A DNA stretch of 63,643 nucleotides, filler included, from Octopus bimaculoides (lineage: Eukaryota): the NCBI RefSeq assembly GCF_001194135.2. It is 5 parts of 4 records of this genome, joined end to end, with 100 filler letters (N's around TTAATTAATTAA, not from the genome) between each part and the next. Parts side by side here need not be neighbours in the genome. Positions count along the whole stretch, not along the records: positions 62,242 to 63,643 come from NC_068987.1; 4 more parts are not named here. One strand, given 5' to 3'. This document shows, one piece after another, positions 63,062 to 63,643 of the stretch; the first letter of the stretch is position 1; each line of letters starts with the position of its first letter. The notes beneath the pieces are model-generated. The model was not told the DNA's origin. It saw nothing but the letters and a program-made list of their open reading frames with translations, and made no database searches. A program made the translations under genes and the position numbers.

Positions 63062-63275
63062 CATGGTGAGCCGGCAGAATCGTTACTGAACCAGGGAAAA
63101 TGCTTAGTGGCATATTGACCATCTTTATATTCTGAGTTCAAATTCTGCTGAAGTCGACTTTGTCTTTCATCCTTTTGGAGGTCAATAAAAAAACGTAACA
63201 GTTGAGCACTGGGGATGATGTAATTGACTTACCCCACCACCAAAATTGTTGGCCTTGTGCCAAATTTGAAACCAA
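63062..63275 (+). mobile_element. SINE family A (CpG-decayed)
   Basis: ggtgagccggcagaatcgtta...ctgagttcaaattctgctgaagtcgactttgtctttcatccttttggaggtcaataaa. Confidence 0.8.
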
Positions 63276-63531
63276 TATTAAATGTGACCGTTAAGTGACA
63301 CACAACACTCTTACAAAGTCAAATCAATATGCCGATTTTAATTATAGATTGTACCTGGGTACAGCATAAATATCAATGCACCCATTTCTCTCTTCGCTTT
63401 TCTAGAAATCTTAGGTGTCATGCATACATGGGAGGAAAAGCACCAGAGGGAATATTCTAGTGTTTTTCATTAGAGATAGTGTAGCATCATAGCAAGCTAA
63501 TTTAGAAAACATGAGAGAGACAGAGAGAGAC

Positions 63532-63579
<48 letters not shown>

Positions 63580-63584
63580 TGGGA

Positions 63585-63643
<59 letters not shown>

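Overview
AT-rich, microsatellite-saturated animal genomic DNA. The repeat landscape suggests an octopus or other coleoid cephalopod (inference). The window is not one locus: four identical 100-nt spacers (N44-TTAATTAATTAA-N44) at 17838, 40511, 51036 and 62142 join five probably unlinked scaffolds. The only gene I can identify is mitochondrial RNA polymerase (POLRMT). It is represented by two in-phase minus-strand exons (46090-45979 and 44233-44155) inside the CpG-depleted scaffold 40611-51035. The rest is mostly mobile DNA: at least three tRNA-derived SINE families, R4/Dong-type RLE LINE fragments in (TAA)n, a decayed CR1/L2-group LINE, young and old RTE LINEs, an internally deleted Gmr1-like Gypsy element (integrase before RT/RNase H), two maT-like Tc1/mariner relics, and a hAT MITE with a perfect 8-bp TSD. 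Unexplained signals include an RFX/CRE/CArG motif cluster with a poly-Asn ORF, a diverged duplicated module that conserves a palindromic CArG box, a signal-peptide-like ORF interrupted by one TGA, and a cryptic CTGACCAAT minisatellite. Most ORFs in the supplied track are microsatellite or N-gap artefacts. Repeat boundaries are approximate unless a junction sequence is quoted.
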